From Trueperaceae bacterium (lineage in GTDB: Bacteria; Deinococcota; Deinococci; Deinococcales; Trueperaceae), in the NCBI GenBank assembly GCA_034520945.1, contig JAXHNB010000009.1, positions 1 to 64,000 of the forward strand: DNA of 64,000 nt. The letters run 5' to 3'. Below, one piece after another: positions 1 to 9,880 of the stretch. The position numbers and the translations under genes are program-made. The notes under the pieces were generated by a model, which did no database searches, was not told the origin of the DNA, and was given only the letters and a program-made list of their open reading frames with translations. Every line of letters starts with the position of its first letter. Within the stretch, counting starts at the first letter, position 1.

Positions 1-47
1 ACGGGAAGCAAGCGGCGGCGGCCGTCGAGCCGTGACGAGCGCCGGCG

Positions 48-383
48 TCACAGGGGCACCGCCTCGTCCAACACGCGCTGGCGAATCTCGGAGCGCACGG
101 CCGCGAGTGGCACCACGTCGGCCTCGACGCCGACGATCCTCTCGACGTCACGCGCGATCCGTCCGAGCGTGAAGATGCCGGTGCGGGCGGGCAGATCGAC
201 GAGCAGGTCCAGGTCGCTGTCCGGCCCCCCGTCGCCGCGTGCCACGCTCCCGAATACACGCACGTCCGTACCTCCGTGGGCCGCCACGACCTTGTGGATG
301 GCTTCGCGACGTTCCAGCAACCGTCGCGCCAGCGGCGTGTCCGGCAAGCGTCGCGGGGTACGCGCCTCGGGCTCGGTGTCCAT
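48..383 (-). CDS. Minimal nucleotidyltransferase (MNT family)
   Basis: FGSVARGD...SDLDLLVD Pol-beta NTase motif; 111 aa. Confidence 0.85.
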   Translation of the reverse strand: MDTEPEARTPRRLPDTPLARRLLERREAIHKVVAAHGGTDVRVFGSVARGDGGPDSDLDLLVDLPARTGIFTLGRIARDVERIVGVEADVVPLAAVRSEIRQRVLDEAVPL

Positions 384-430
384 GGGCCGTACCTACCACG
401 AAGGCGCCTCGCGCTGCCGCGACGAACCTC

Positions 431-1504
431 CTACTCCTTCACCCCGCTACTGGCGATGCCGGTGGTGATGAAGCGCTGCAGGAACGCGAACACCAGGGTG
501 ACCGGCAACAAGGTCAGCACGGTCATTGCCAGCACGTAGTGCCACTGCACGTTCAACTGGCCCTGGAAGGCGTTCAGGCCCACCTGAAGGGTGAACAGCT
601 CGCTGCGGGTCAGCACGATCAGCGGCCATAGGAAGTCGTTCCAGCGCCACATCACCGAGAAGATCGCCAGGACCGCCAGGGCGGGGGCGGCGAGGGGCAG
701 CACGATCTGCCAGTACAGCCGCCACTCGGACGCCCCGTCGATGCGTCCGGCGTCCAGCAACTGGTCGGGAATGGTCAACATGTACTGCCGCAGCAGGAAC
801 ACACCGGTCGGCGTCGCCGCGCCGGGAATGATCACGCCCCATAGGTTGTTCACCCAGCCGACCTGGTTGATGACCAAGTAGATGGGCACCAGGATCACGC
901 TGACCGGGATCATCAGCGTGCCGATGATCAACAGGAACACGATGCTGCGCCCCCGGAAGCGGTACTTGCTCAACGCGAACGCCGCCATGCTGTTGATCAG
1001 CAGGGTGATGAGCGTGGCGGTGACGGTGACGATCACGCTGTTGCGGAGGTAGGTCAGGAAGTTGAACCGCTCCAGCGGGACGGTGTAGTTCTCGGTCGCC
1101 AGCCGTAGCGTGCGGACCTGCTCGCGCCGGTCGGTGGGAACGGAGACGGTTTCATCCGGCGCGTCGGGATCGACCATGGTCGCCTCGAGGCCGATGCGTC
1201 GCACCTGCGCCAGGCGCTGTACCGAGCCGTCCTCCATGCGCACGTCGTACAGCGGAAGGGGCTCGTCGTAGCCGGGGACACTGGCGCTCTGCTGGGTGTA
1301 CGGCAGGAAGGTGGGCGGGAACTCCAGCAGGCCCGCCTGGGTCTTGAACGACGACGCCACCAGCCACACCACGGGGCCGAACATGACGATGACGCCGGCG
1401 GCGAGGTAGGCGTAGGACAGCACGTCGGTCAGGTCCCAACGACCGGGCCGGCGCCGGCGCGTGAACAACGCCCGGAGGGCACTCAGGCGGAACGGGTCAG
1501 GCAA
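431..1504 (-). CDS. Carbohydrate ABC transporter permease (MalG-like)
   Basis: EAA-like loop LLDAGRIDGASEWR; WNDFLWPLI; several TM segments. Confidence 0.9.
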   Translation of the reverse strand: MPDPFRLSALRALFTRRRRPGRWDLTDVLSYAYLAAGVIVMFGPVVWLVASSFKTQAGLLEFPPTFLPYTQQSASVPGYDEPLPLYDVRMEDGSVQRLAQVRRIGLEATMVDPDAPDETVSVPTDRREQVRTLRLATENYTVPLERFNFLTYLRNSVIVTVTATLITLLINSMAAFALSKYRFRGRSIVFLLIIGTLMIPVSVILVPIYLVINQVGWVNNLWGVIIPGAATPTGVFLLRQYMLTIPDQLLDAGRIDGASEWRLYWQIVLPLAAPALAVLAIFSVMWRWNDFLWPLIVLTRSELFTLQVGLNAFQGQLNVQWHYVLAMTVLTLLPVTLVFAFLQRFITTGIASSGVKE

Positions 1505-2531
1505 GGTGGCGCTCGCTTCCGCGGCCGAGCCGCAACTGGATCAGGGTGATGATCAACAACGCCACGCCCAACGTGACGGACGCGCCGGCCGCCAGGCCGA
1601 AGCGTTGGATCTGACTGGCGAAGCCGACCTCGTAGATGTACTGCACCAGGAATAGGGTTGCGCTGCCGGGCCCCCCGCCGGTCAGCACGAACACCTCGTC
1701 GAACATCTGCACCGCCCGGATCAGGGCGAGGACCAGCACCACCATCACGTTGGGCATCAGCAGCGGCAGCGTGATGTACCACAGGCGCTGCCAGCGCGAG
1801 GTGCCGTCGATGGCGCCGGCGTCGTACAGCTCGGTCGGAATCGACTGCAGACCCGCCAGGAGGATCAGGGTGTAGAACCCCATGTTGGCCCAGATGGTGA
1901 CCACGATCACCCAGAACATGGCCCAGTCGGCGTGCAGCATGAACTGAATCGGATCCAGGCCCACGCCCACCAACAACGCGTTCAGCAACCCGTCGCGCTG
2001 CAGGATCCACTTCCAGATCAACGCCACCACCACCGGCGACAGCAGTACGGGGTAGAAGAACACGCTGCGGAAGAACCCGCGCGCCACGATGCGGCCGTTC
2101 AGCACCAGCGCGGTGAGCAGCGACAACAGCACCATGCCGCCGACCTGCAAGATCACGAACGTGCCCGTGTTCCACACCGCGCGCCAGAAGCGATCCTCGC
2201 GGCAGGTGTTGGGATCGAGGTAATTGCCACAGTCGTACAACGTCGTGAAGTTCTCCGCCCCGACGAAGGGGCGATCCTGCGGATACAGACTGGTGCCGCT
2301 GGTCATGGCGTAATAGAAGTTCATCGCCATCGGGAACAAGATGAAGATGCCGAAGATCAGCAAATTGGGCAGCAGGAACACCCACGCCATGCGCCGCACG
2401 CCGGTCAGGCGCTGCAGGGGCTCGAGAACCAACCCCAGCAGCGACATCACCAGCGAGAAGGCGCCGAACGCCATGCGTCCCAGCGCCGACCCCGGCCCGG
2501 TCCCGGGTCGTGGCGGCGGGTCGTGACTCAT
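1497..2531 (-). CDS. Carbohydrate ABC transporter permease (MalF-like)
   Basis: LAGLQSIPTELYDAGAIDG; LTGGGPG; overlaps the next permease by 8 nt. Confidence 0.9.
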   Translation of the reverse strand: MSHDPPPRPGTGPGSALGRMAFGAFSLVMSLLGLVLEPLQRLTGVRRMAWVFLLPNLLIFGIFILFPMAMNFYYAMTSGTSLYPQDRPFVGAENFTTLYDCGNYLDPNTCREDRFWRAVWNTGTFVILQVGGMVLLSLLTALVLNGRIVARGFFRSVFFYPVLLSPVVVALIWKWILQRDGLLNALLVGVGLDPIQFMLHADWAMFWVIVVTIWANMGFYTLILLAGLQSIPTELYDAGAIDGTSRWQRLWYITLPLLMPNVMVVLVLALIRAVQMFDEVFVLTGGGPGSATLFLVQYIYEVGFASQIQRFGLAAGASVTLGVALLIITLIQLRLGRGSERHLA

Positions 2532-2567
2532 GCGCTCCCTTCCAGCACGGGCACGGGGCGTCGAATT

Positions 2568-2639
2568 CGATCGGGCGCGCCCGATCGTTCACCGCGCGGC
2601 GGGGGCGCGGAGCGCGTCGCCCCGCCCTCCCGCCGCGCG
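2568..2639. repeat. Intercistronic palindrome plus stem-loop after the binding-protein gene
   Basis: Perfect 20-bp palindrome CGATCGGGCGCGCCCGATCG (2568-2587); inverted repeat CGCGCGGCGGG (2593-2603) / CCCGCCGCGCG (2629-2639). Confidence 0.7.
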
Positions 2640-2649
2640 AAGGCCGGTC

Positions 2650-3924
2650 CTACTCGGCCGCCTCGATCTGATCGTCGATGTCGGACTGCATGCGGGCGAT
2701 GGCCTCGTCCAGCGTCAACTCGCCCACGAACACCTGGGTGAGGCGGTCGGGAACGGCGTCGTAGACGACGCGGTTGAACTCGTAGCCCTGCAGCTGGTAC
2801 GCGATCGGATGCAGGTCGGGCACCTCGGCCGCGAACACCGAGAGCGCCTCACGGGTCGCTTCGAGCTCGGTGTCGAAGTCCACGCCCGATTCCGCCAGTC
2901 CCAGGTGGCCGGGGATGAACAGGCTGCGGCCGTAGAACTCCGCCAGGATCTCCTCCTGCGCCAGGAAGTCCAGCAGGCGGGCGACCTCCTCGGGGTGCTC
3001 CGTGTCGTCGAATCCGACCAGGGCGGCGCCGCCGGGCATGCCGGTGCAGGCGGCCGGCCCGCAGGGGTTCGGCACGGCCTGCCAGTCGAAGGCGTCCCCG
3101 ATCAGGTCGGCGAACTGCCCGATCTGCCAACTGCCGGACATGTAGAACACCACCTGTGCGTTGACGAACTGCTCGTTGCCGGCCGCGTAGCCGCCACCGG
3201 AGCCGATCCACACGTCGGGGATCATGGTGCCGTCCTCGTGCCACTCGACCATCAGCTCGGCCATGCGCCGGAACCCCTCGTCGGTAAGGTCGGGGTCACC
3301 GTTCTCGTCGAACAGCTGCGCGCCCATGCTGATCGCGGGGCCGGCCATGCGGTGCATCGTGCGGTCCATCGCCATCGCGAACGGCGTGCCGGTGGCCTCG
3401 GCCACTTCGCGGCTCGCCTCGGCCCAGTCCTGCCAGGTGGCGCCCTCGCCGGGCATGTCGACGCCGGCTTGCCGGAACAGGGTGGCGTTCACGTACGGCC
3501 CGGTGACGGTCAACTGGGTCATGAAGCCGGGGATGGCGTCCGATCCGTCCGGTCGCATCCAATCCAGGAACGGTCCGAAGGAGTCTTCCCAGTAGGCAGG
3601 ATCGTCGACCAGCGGCCGGAGGTCCAGGTAGTACTCGGACAGCCCACCCAGGTCGGTGACGCGCGCCAGGTCGGGCCCCTCGCCGGAGGCGAGCTGCAGC
3701 GGCAGCGACTGCAGGATCCCGCTGTTGTAGGGCACCGTGTCCATCACCACCTCGACGTCGGGGTTCTCGGCTTCGAAGCGATCCAGGAGTTCGCGCATCA
3801 CCTGGCCTTCGTTGCCGTCGTCGTACCAGGTCATGCGGAGCTCGACCTGGGCGGCGGCGGCGCCGAGGACGAGCATGGCCGTGAGGAACGCGGCCAGGGC
3901 GGAGCGGGGGAATCGTGACGTCAT
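2650..3924 (-). CDS. Sugar ABC transporter substrate-binding protein
   Basis: Start moved to MTSRFP (GGAGG RBS); signal peptide; SGEGPDLARV and SGSWQIG; upstream of two permeases. Confidence 0.9.
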   Translation of the reverse strand: MTSRFPRSALAAFLTAMLVLGAAAAQVELRMTWYDDGNEGQVMRELLDRFEAENPDVEVVMDTVPYNSGILQSLPLQLASGEGPDLARVTDLGGLSEYYLDLRPLVDDPAYWEDSFGPFLDWMRPDGSDAIPGFMTQLTVTGPYVNATLFRQAGVDMPGEGATWQDWAEASREVAEATGTPFAMAMDRTMHRMAGPAISMGAQLFDENGDPDLTDEGFRRMAELMVEWHEDGTMIPDVWIGSGGGYAAGNEQFVNAQVVFYMSGSWQIGQFADLIGDAFDWQAVPNPCGPAACTGMPGGAALVGFDDTEHPEEVARLLDFLAQEEILAEFYGRSLFIPGHLGLAESGVDFDTELEATREALSVFAAEVPDLHPIAYQLQGYEFNRVVYDAVPDRLTQVFVGELTLDEAIARMQSDIDDQIEAAE

Positions 3925-4062
3925 GTGGCTTCCTCCTTCGCTGCGAGGGCGGTCCGGTGATCCCCGCACGCAGCACGGGGCCCCGGCGGCACCGAGCCGT
4001 CCCGGTCGTCGCGGGCCCAGGTCGGGCTCGCGGCGGCTGGCGATCGGTCGGTGCGTACCGCG

Positions 4063-4091
4063 AGTATCGGCCGCGAGGGAAGCCACGTCAA
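4063..4091 (-). promoter_or_regulatory. Putative sigma70-type promoter of the sugar ABC operon
   Basis: Minus strand TTGACG-N17-GATACT. Confidence 0.5.
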
Positions 4092-4157
4092 GATGGCGCG
4101 GGGCGTTCCGGTCCATGCCCCGCGTGCACCGAAACGCCCCGCCCGGGGAAGGTGCGA

Positions 4158-4340
4158 CTAGCGATCGTCGCTACGAATCGCGGCGATCGCCTGGGCGACG
4201 ACCTCGTCCGGCACCTCCTCGATCCCGTGGACGTCCCGGGCGTGCGTGGCGACCTGCGCCAGCACCTCCTCCTGCGTGTCGGCACGCACCTCGGCGTCGC
4301 AGTCGAACCCTACGTCTCGGCACCGCAACATCTTGGCCAT
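4158..4340 (-). CDS. DUF1059-family small putative metal-binding protein (60 aa)
   Basis: MAKMLRCRDVGFDC...HARDVHG (Cys/Cys/His/His); GGAGG RBS; corresponds to the C-terminal part of ORF 4158..4946. Confidence 0.85.
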   Translation of the reverse strand: MAKMLRCRDVGFDCDAEVRADTQEEVLAQVATHARDVHGIEEVPDEVVAQAIAAIRSDDR

Positions 4341-4378
4341 TTCGAGCCTCCCTTCCCGTCGAATCGTGTCGCAGCAGG

Positions 4379-4396
4379 CGTGACGCCACCGTGACG
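4379..4396 (-). promoter_or_regulatory. Heptamer direct repeat, SARP/OmpR-type box
   Basis: CGTCACG-N4-CGTCACG (11-bp period), 10 nt upstream of a CACGAT -10-like hexamer. Confidence 0.5.
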
Positions 4397-4417
4397 GGCT
4401 CCGCCCACGGCGGGCCC

Positions 4418-6187
4418 TCACCCCTCCGGGTCGCCAGCCAGCCAGCCGTCGACCTGCTGCTCGAAGCCCGCGGCCGGGGCGGACGCGCGGGCGGCGCGGC
4501 GAACAGCCCACGCCGCGGACAGGGCGGCGGCTTCGCGGCGAAGGGCGGCCGCGGCGCGGTCGTCGTCGCGCACCGCCGCGACCATGGCTTCGGCGTCCGT
4601 ATGCCCGCGCCCGATCGCGCGCGCCACGGCCAGCGCGGCCCGGAACGCGCCCGGCAGCGTGCCGGACGCCCGCGCCAGCCGCAACGCTTCGCGCGCCAGG
4701 GGACGTGCGGCCTCGGGCCCGGCCGTGCACCGTTGCGCCTCGGCCACGGTCGTCAACGCCTCCACCTGCAGCAGCACGTGGCCACCTTCCCGCCCGACGG
4801 CGAACGCCTGCGCGGCGAGGCTGCGCGCCGGGGCGGCGTCGCCCGCCGCCAGCGTCGCCCGCGCCAGCGTGTCCAGGGCGTGGCCCTCCACCTGCCGGTC
4901 CTCTCCGCGGCGCGCCAGGGCGATGGCGGCGCGCGCCAAGGTGCATGCCTCACCTGCGTTGCCCTGCTGGAGGTGCTGGTGCGCCAGGTTGTTCAGCACG
5001 ATCGCTTGCCCGCGCAGGTCGCCGTCGCGCACCATCAGCGCGTGGGCGGCGAGGTAGTGCGCGCGTGCTTCCTTCGCCTGCCCGAGGGCGTCCGCGACCA
5101 TGGCCAGGTCGAGCCGCAACGTCCGCGCACCCGCCGGATCGGCGCTCGCGTCGATCGCCGCCACCGCGCGACGCCAGTCGCGTGCGGCGTCGTCGTTCCG
5201 GCCGTCGTGCAGGGCGATGGATCCCAGCACGAACCACCCCTCGCTGGCGGCGGGCATGCCGTCCAACGATGCGAGTCCCTCACGCGCGGCACGCGCGGCG
5301 GCGTCGTGACGGCCGCGCTGGTGCTCCAACCAGGCGACGTCGATCAGGCGTCGCCCGCGAGGCACGGGACGGACCTCCATCTCTACTTCGGCGCGGAGCA
5401 GGGTCGCGGCCTCCGCCAGCCAGCCGCCCGCCTCGGCGCGGCGCACCACCGTCCCCCCAGGGGCGCCGTACCCACCGATCCCGCCCGCCGGGCGGGCGAT
5501 GGTCGCCGCGGCCCGACGCGCCAACGCCCGCGCCTCGTCGGGCGGTTCGGCGTCGAAGGCGTGCGCCATCATGTTGCGAAGCGTCGCGTAGGCGTCCAAG
5601 AGCCCGTGGGGGTCACCCTCGGCGTGATGGGCACGCATGCGCGCAAGGTGGGCCGGCACCGCATGCGGGTCGGCGGCCAGCCAGCGCCGGGCCGACGTCA
5701 GCGCGTCTGCGGTGCGCCCTTCGCGGAGGGCGGCCTCGACGGCCTGGGCGTGACGTTCGGCGTGGAGGCCGCGGCGGCGTTCCGCCTCGGCGGCGAACCG
5801 CTCCGCCAGTTCGGTCCGCTCACCCGGGTCGGGAAGCTCGAACGGGTCGCCGGCGCCCTCGGGCCCTGCATGCTCCCCGTCGTGCCACGGAAAGGCGACG
5901 GGCAGGTCGGCCGGCAACGTCAACGGATCGCCGTGCAGCAACGCGCCCGCCAGGTTCACGCGCCGTACGACCTGACGCAGGTTGCTGCGTGCCCGGGCCG
6001 CATCGGCGTCGGGCCACAGCCATGCCGCCATCCGGGCGCGCGAGGTGGGACCGAACGATGCCACGGCGCACAGCAGCAGGGCGCGCACGCCCGTGAAGGT
6101 CGCGATGACGGCGTGGTCCGCACGCAACTCGACCCGGTCCGCCCGCACGCGCAGGCGCTCCCTTGCCGCAGGCCGCGTGGCCGACAT
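4418..6187 (-). CDS. SARP/BTAD-like transcriptional regulator with C-terminal TPR-like repeats
   Basis: SRARMAAWLWPDADAARARSNLRQ wHTH; BTAD-like WLAADPHAVPAHLARMRAH...EPPDE; TPR-like AIVLNNLA and HALDTLA. Confidence 0.75.
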   Translation of the reverse strand: MSATRPAARERLRVRADRVELRADHAVIATFTGVRALLLCAVASFGPTSRARMAAWLWPDADAARARSNLRQVVRRVNLAGALLHGDPLTLPADLPVAFPWHDGEHAGPEGAGDPFELPDPGERTELAERFAAEAERRRGLHAERHAQAVEAALREGRTADALTSARRWLAADPHAVPAHLARMRAHHAEGDPHGLLDAYATLRNMMAHAFDAEPPDEARALARRAAATIARPAGGIGGYGAPGGTVVRRAEAGGWLAEAATLLRAEVEMEVRPVPRGRRLIDVAWLEHQRGRHDAAARAAREGLASLDGMPAASEGWFVLGSIALHDGRNDDAARDWRRAVAAIDASADPAGARTLRLDLAMVADALGQAKEARAHYLAAHALMVRDGDLRGQAIVLNNLAHQHLQQGNAGEACTLARAAIALARRGEDRQVEGHALDTLARATLAAGDAAPARSLAAQAFAVGREGGHVLLQVEALTTVAEAQRCTAGPEAARPLAREALRLARASGTLPGAFRAALAVARAIGRGHTDAEAMVAAVRDDDRAAAALRREAAALSAAWAVRRAARASAPAAGFEQQVDGWLAGDPEG

Positions 6188-6223
6188 ATCCGAGTATACG
6201 GAGCGTGGCCGCCCCGCGGCCGC

Positions 6224-7093
6224 TCAGTCGCCGCTGCGCACGTCCATGGCGTCGCGAAGGCCGTCACCAAGCAGGTTGAACCCCACGACCGCCAGCGCGA
6301 TGGCGATGCCGGGGATGGTGGCGATGTGCGGCGCGCTGGTGATGTAGTCGCGGCCGGCCGCGATCATGCCGGCCCAGGACGGTGTCGGCGGCTGCACGCC
6401 CAGCCCCAGGAAGGACAGGGCCGCCTCCATCAGGATGGCGTAGGCGAGGTAGAGGCTGGCGTACACCAGCAGGGTCGCCAGGAAGTTGGGCACCACGTGC
6501 CGACGAACGATGCGCGGGCCGCGCGCGCCCAACGCCCGGGCGGCGTTGATGTAGTCGCGCTCGCGGATGCCCGCCACCGCGCCGCGCGCGATGCGTGCGA
6601 AGGCGGGCACCGTCCAGATGCCGATCGCGATGATGGTGTTGTCCATGCCGGGCCCCAACGCCGTGACGATGATGATGGCCAGCAGCAGGTAGGGGAACGC
6701 CAGAAGCACGTCCATCGCGCGCATGATCACGTTGTCCAGCACCCCGCCCACGTACCCGGCGATGGTGCCCAGCAGCCCGCCGACCAGCACGCCGAACCCG
6801 ACGGAGGTGACGCTAACGATCAGCGTGACGCGCGCCCCGAAGATGAGGCGGGACAGGATGTCCCGTCCGAAGGCGTCCGCGCCCAGGATGAAGCCGTCGC
6901 CGGGCGCGGCGCGACGTTCGAACAGGCTCTGCGCGGCGGGATCCTGCGGCGCCAGCCAGGGTGCGAACACGGCCACCAGCACCAGAAGCGCCACGATGAC
7001 CAGCCCCACCATGGCCAGGCCGTTGCGGCGAAAGCGCGTCCATACCCCGCGGGAGGGGCGCCGCTGCACCGTTTGCGCGGCCGGAGCGCTCAC
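6224..7093 (-). CDS. Peptide/nickel ABC permease (DppC-like)
   Basis: LGADAFGRDILSRLIFGAR; EAALSFLGLG. Confidence 0.9.
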   Translation of the reverse strand: MSAPAAQTVQRRPSRGVWTRFRRNGLAMVGLVIVALLVLVAVFAPWLAPQDPAAQSLFERRAAPGDGFILGADAFGRDILSRLIFGARVTLIVSVTSVGFGVLVGGLLGTIAGYVGGVLDNVIMRAMDVLLAFPYLLLAIIIVTALGPGMDNTIIAIGIWTVPAFARIARGAVAGIRERDYINAARALGARGPRIVRRHVVPNFLATLLVYASLYLAYAILMEAALSFLGLGVQPPTPSWAGMIAAGRDYITSAPHIATIPGIAIALAVVGFNLLGDGLRDAMDVRSGD

Positions 7094-7136
7094 CGTGCGA
7101 GCTCCGCGGCGGAAACGATCCCGATACCCGGCCGAA

Positions 7137-8057
7137 TCACGAGTAGCTCACCCTCGGGTCGAACAGGCCGTAGCTCACGTCCACCAGCAGGTTCACGCTG
7201 ACGTAGGTCGTGGCCAGCACCAGCACCACCCCCTGCACCAGGATGAAATCGCGGTTGAAGATCGCGAACACCGTCAGGCGCCCAAGGCCGGGCCACGAGA
7301 ACACGGTCTCGGTCAGCACCGCGCCGCCCAGCATCTGGCCCAACTGGAGGCCGAGGGCGGTGACGACGGGGATGATGGCGTTGCGCAGTGCGTGCTTGTA
7401 CAACATGCTGCGGCGCGACACCCCTTTGCTGCGCGCGGTGCGGACGTAGTCCTCCTGCAGCACCTCCAACAGGCTGGCGCGGGTCATGCGCGCCAGGATG
7501 GCGACGGACGGCAACGCCAGCGTGACAGCCGGCAGCACCAGGTGCCGGAAACTGCCCCGGCCCGCCACGGGGAACCACCCCAGGTTGACGCTGAACACCA
7601 CGATGAACACCAGGCCGGTCCAGAACACCGGCATCGATAGGCCGGCCAGCGACACCACCCGGACCAGGTTGTCCACCCAGCTTTGCGGACGTGCGGCCGA
7701 GGCCACGCCGAGGGGCACGCCGACGAACACGGCCAGCAGCACCGCGGCGCCGGCCAGCTGCGCCGTGGCCGGCAGGGTCTCGCCGATCATCACCGCGACC
7801 GGCCGACCGTCCTTGATCGAGGTGCCGAGGTCGCCCCGAACGACGTCGGCGATGTACTGCACGTAGCGAACGTGCAACGGCTGGTTCAGGCCGAGCTCAT
7901 TGCGGGTGCTCTGAATCGCCTCGGGGGTGGCGAACTCGCCCAGCATCAGGGCGACGGGATCGCCCGGCACGATCTCCATGGTGAGAAGTACGACCAGCAC
8001 GACCCCGAGCAGGATCGGCACGGCCATCAAGATTCGGCGGATCACATAGACGAACAT
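7137..8057 (-). CDS. Peptide/nickel ABC permease (DppB-like)
   Basis: PGDPV; DYVRTARSKG; ETVFSWPGLG. Confidence 0.9.
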   Translation of the reverse strand: MFVYVIRRILMAVPILLGVVLVVLLTMEIVPGDPVALMLGEFATPEAIQSTRNELGLNQPLHVRYVQYIADVVRGDLGTSIKDGRPVAVMIGETLPATAQLAGAAVLLAVFVGVPLGVASAARPQSWVDNLVRVVSLAGLSMPVFWTGLVFIVVFSVNLGWFPVAGRGSFRHLVLPAVTLALPSVAILARMTRASLLEVLQEDYVRTARSKGVSRRSMLYKHALRNAIIPVVTALGLQLGQMLGGAVLTETVFSWPGLGRLTVFAIFNRDFILVQGVVLVLATTYVSVNLLVDVSYGLFDPRVSYS

Positions 8058-8068
8058 GGTCGGAAGGG

Positions 8069-8095
8069 GCTGGAGGGGCGCGAGGCCCCTCCAGC
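8069..8095 (-). terminator. Intercistronic stem-loop after the binding-protein gene
   Basis: 11-bp stem GCTGGAGGGGC / GCCCCTCCAGC with 5-nt loop; no U-tract. Confidence 0.6.
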
Positions 8096-8108
8096 GACAC
8101 GGTCCCTC

Positions 8109-9671
8109 CTACTCGATACTGACGGGGTACAGGTCGAGGTTGTACTCGATGGGGTGCGGCACGAAGCCGTTCACGTCCGAGCCGACCACCGCCACCTCGA
8201 TGGTGTTGTAGATCGGCACGGAGGGCACGTCCTCGGCCAGGATCTCCTGCACCTCGGCGTAGAGCTCCTCGCGCGTCTCGACGTCGGTCTCGGCGCGGGC
8301 CTCCTCGAGCAGCTCGTCGACGCGCTCGTTGGCGTAGCGCCAGCTGTTCCAGCTCTCCGGCGGCACTTCGTCGCTGTGGAAGTTCGAGAACATCGTGTAG
8401 TCGGCGTCGGCGGTGGTGGTGAGCCACCCGAAGGTGAACATGTCGTACGCCAGCGAGCCTTCCCGCAGCTGCGTGAAGGTGGTGGCCCACTCGAACACGT
8501 CCAGCTCGACCTCGATCCCGACCTGGCGCAGGAACTCCTGGAGCACCTCGGCGATCTCCTGGTCCTGCAGGTAGCGGCCGGCGGCGGGCAGCATTTCGAG
8601 CACCAGTTCCTCGCCGTCGCGCTCCATCACGCCGTCGGCGTTCATCTCGAAGCCGGCCTCCTGGAGCAGCTCGCGGGCCCGTTCGGGGTCGTAGGGGTAG
8701 CGCTCATCGAGGTTCATGTCGGTGTAGCCCAGCACGCCGGGCGAGATCACGCTGGTCGGCACCGTCGCGGCGCCCTCCAGCAGGTTGTCGACGATGCCGG
8801 GCACGTCGATGGCGTGCGCGATGGCCTGGCGCACCAGGAGCTCGTCCATCGGCTCGCGCTCCAGGTTGAAGCCCAGGTAGAACACCCGCAGGCCCGTGGC
8901 CTTCAGCACGTCGAAGTCGGGGTCGTCCTCGAACGACGGCAGATCCGAAGGGCTGGGCTTGAGCAGCATGTCGGCCTCGCCGGAGCGCAGCGCCAAGGTG
9001 CGGGCGCCGTTCTCGGGCACGGTGCGGAACACCACCCGGTCCAGCTCGGGCCGGCCGCGCCAGTAGTCGTCGTTGGCTTCCAGAACCACCTGTTCGTTGG
9101 TCTGCCACTCGACGAACTCGAACGGGCCCGTCCCCACGGGATTGCGGCCGTAGGCGTCGCCGTGCTTTTCGACCGCCGTCGGACTGACCACACCGGTGTA
9201 CACCATGGTGCTGACCAGCAGCAGCGGGCCGTAGGCACGCTCGGCGACGATGTCGACGGTGTACTCGTCGACGACCTCGACCGCTTCGATGGGGCCGGCC
9301 AGGCTGGCCCAACGGCCGGGCGGGTCGGCGAACAGGGCGCGATCCCAGGTGAACTTGACGGCGTCGGCGTTGAAGGGGGTGCCGTCGTGGAAGGTCACGC
9401 CCTCGCGCAGGGTGAAGCGCAGCCGACGGTCGGAGACGAACTCCCAGTCGGTCGCCAGGCGCCCCTCGACCTCCATGTCGGCGTTGAGGGTGATCAACGG
9501 CTCGATGACGTTGCCGAACACCCAGGCGCCGGGCGCGGTGGTCTCTTGCTGCGCGTCCAGCGAGACGGGATCGGACGGACGGACGATGACGAGTTCCTGG
9601 TCGTCCTGGGCCAACGCCATCGGCGTCGCCAGTAGGACCAGCATTGCGAAGGTTGCGAAGCCACGCTTCAT
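8109..9671 (-). CDS. Peptide ABC substrate-binding protein (family 5)
   Basis: Signal peptide; LREGVTFHDGTPFNADAV; PVGTGPF. Confidence 0.92.
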   Translation of the reverse strand: MKRGFATFAMLVLLATPMALAQDDQELVIVRPSDPVSLDAQQETTAPGAWVFGNVIEPLITLNADMEVEGRLATDWEFVSDRRLRFTLREGVTFHDGTPFNADAVKFTWDRALFADPPGRWASLAGPIEAVEVVDEYTVDIVAERAYGPLLLVSTMVYTGVVSPTAVEKHGDAYGRNPVGTGPFEFVEWQTNEQVVLEANDDYWRGRPELDRVVFRTVPENGARTLALRSGEADMLLKPSPSDLPSFEDDPDFDVLKATGLRVFYLGFNLEREPMDELLVRQAIAHAIDVPGIVDNLLEGAATVPTSVISPGVLGYTDMNLDERYPYDPERARELLQEAGFEMNADGVMERDGEELVLEMLPAAGRYLQDQEIAEVLQEFLRQVGIEVELDVFEWATTFTQLREGSLAYDMFTFGWLTTTADADYTMFSNFHSDEVPPESWNSWRYANERVDELLEEARAETDVETREELYAEVQEILAEDVPSVPIYNTIEVAVVGSDVNGFVPHPIEYNLDLYPVSIE

Positions 9672-9791
9672 GGAGCCTCCTCGAGGTTCGGACTCGGCCG
9701 CCGGGCCACGACGGGACCGACGAGCGCACGGAGAACGGACCCACCCCCGACCTCGGCTCCGGACGATCCGCGTCGGCAGGTGTTAGGCGCA

Positions 9792-9880
9792 AGTGTAACG
9801 GTCATGAAGTTGCAGCGTCAATCACGCCGTGGAGCCGGCGTGCTTTGACCGAAGGGGCCGCGCCCTGTTACAGTCATGCA
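9792..9880. promoter_or_regulatory. Back-to-back promoters with a repeated operator-like motif
   Basis: Minus TTGACG-N18-TACACT; plus TTGACC-N18-TACAGT with extended TG; motif TGTWACRGTCATGMA at 9794 and 9866. Confidence 0.6.

Noticed and set aside
3737..7201. Very long ORFs in other frames (3737..7201 +, 12426..15683 -, 19373..21598 +, 54793..57231 - and many more)
   Set aside because: Shadow ORFs of high-GC genes; R/P/A-rich, no motifs, and they overlap well-supported genes
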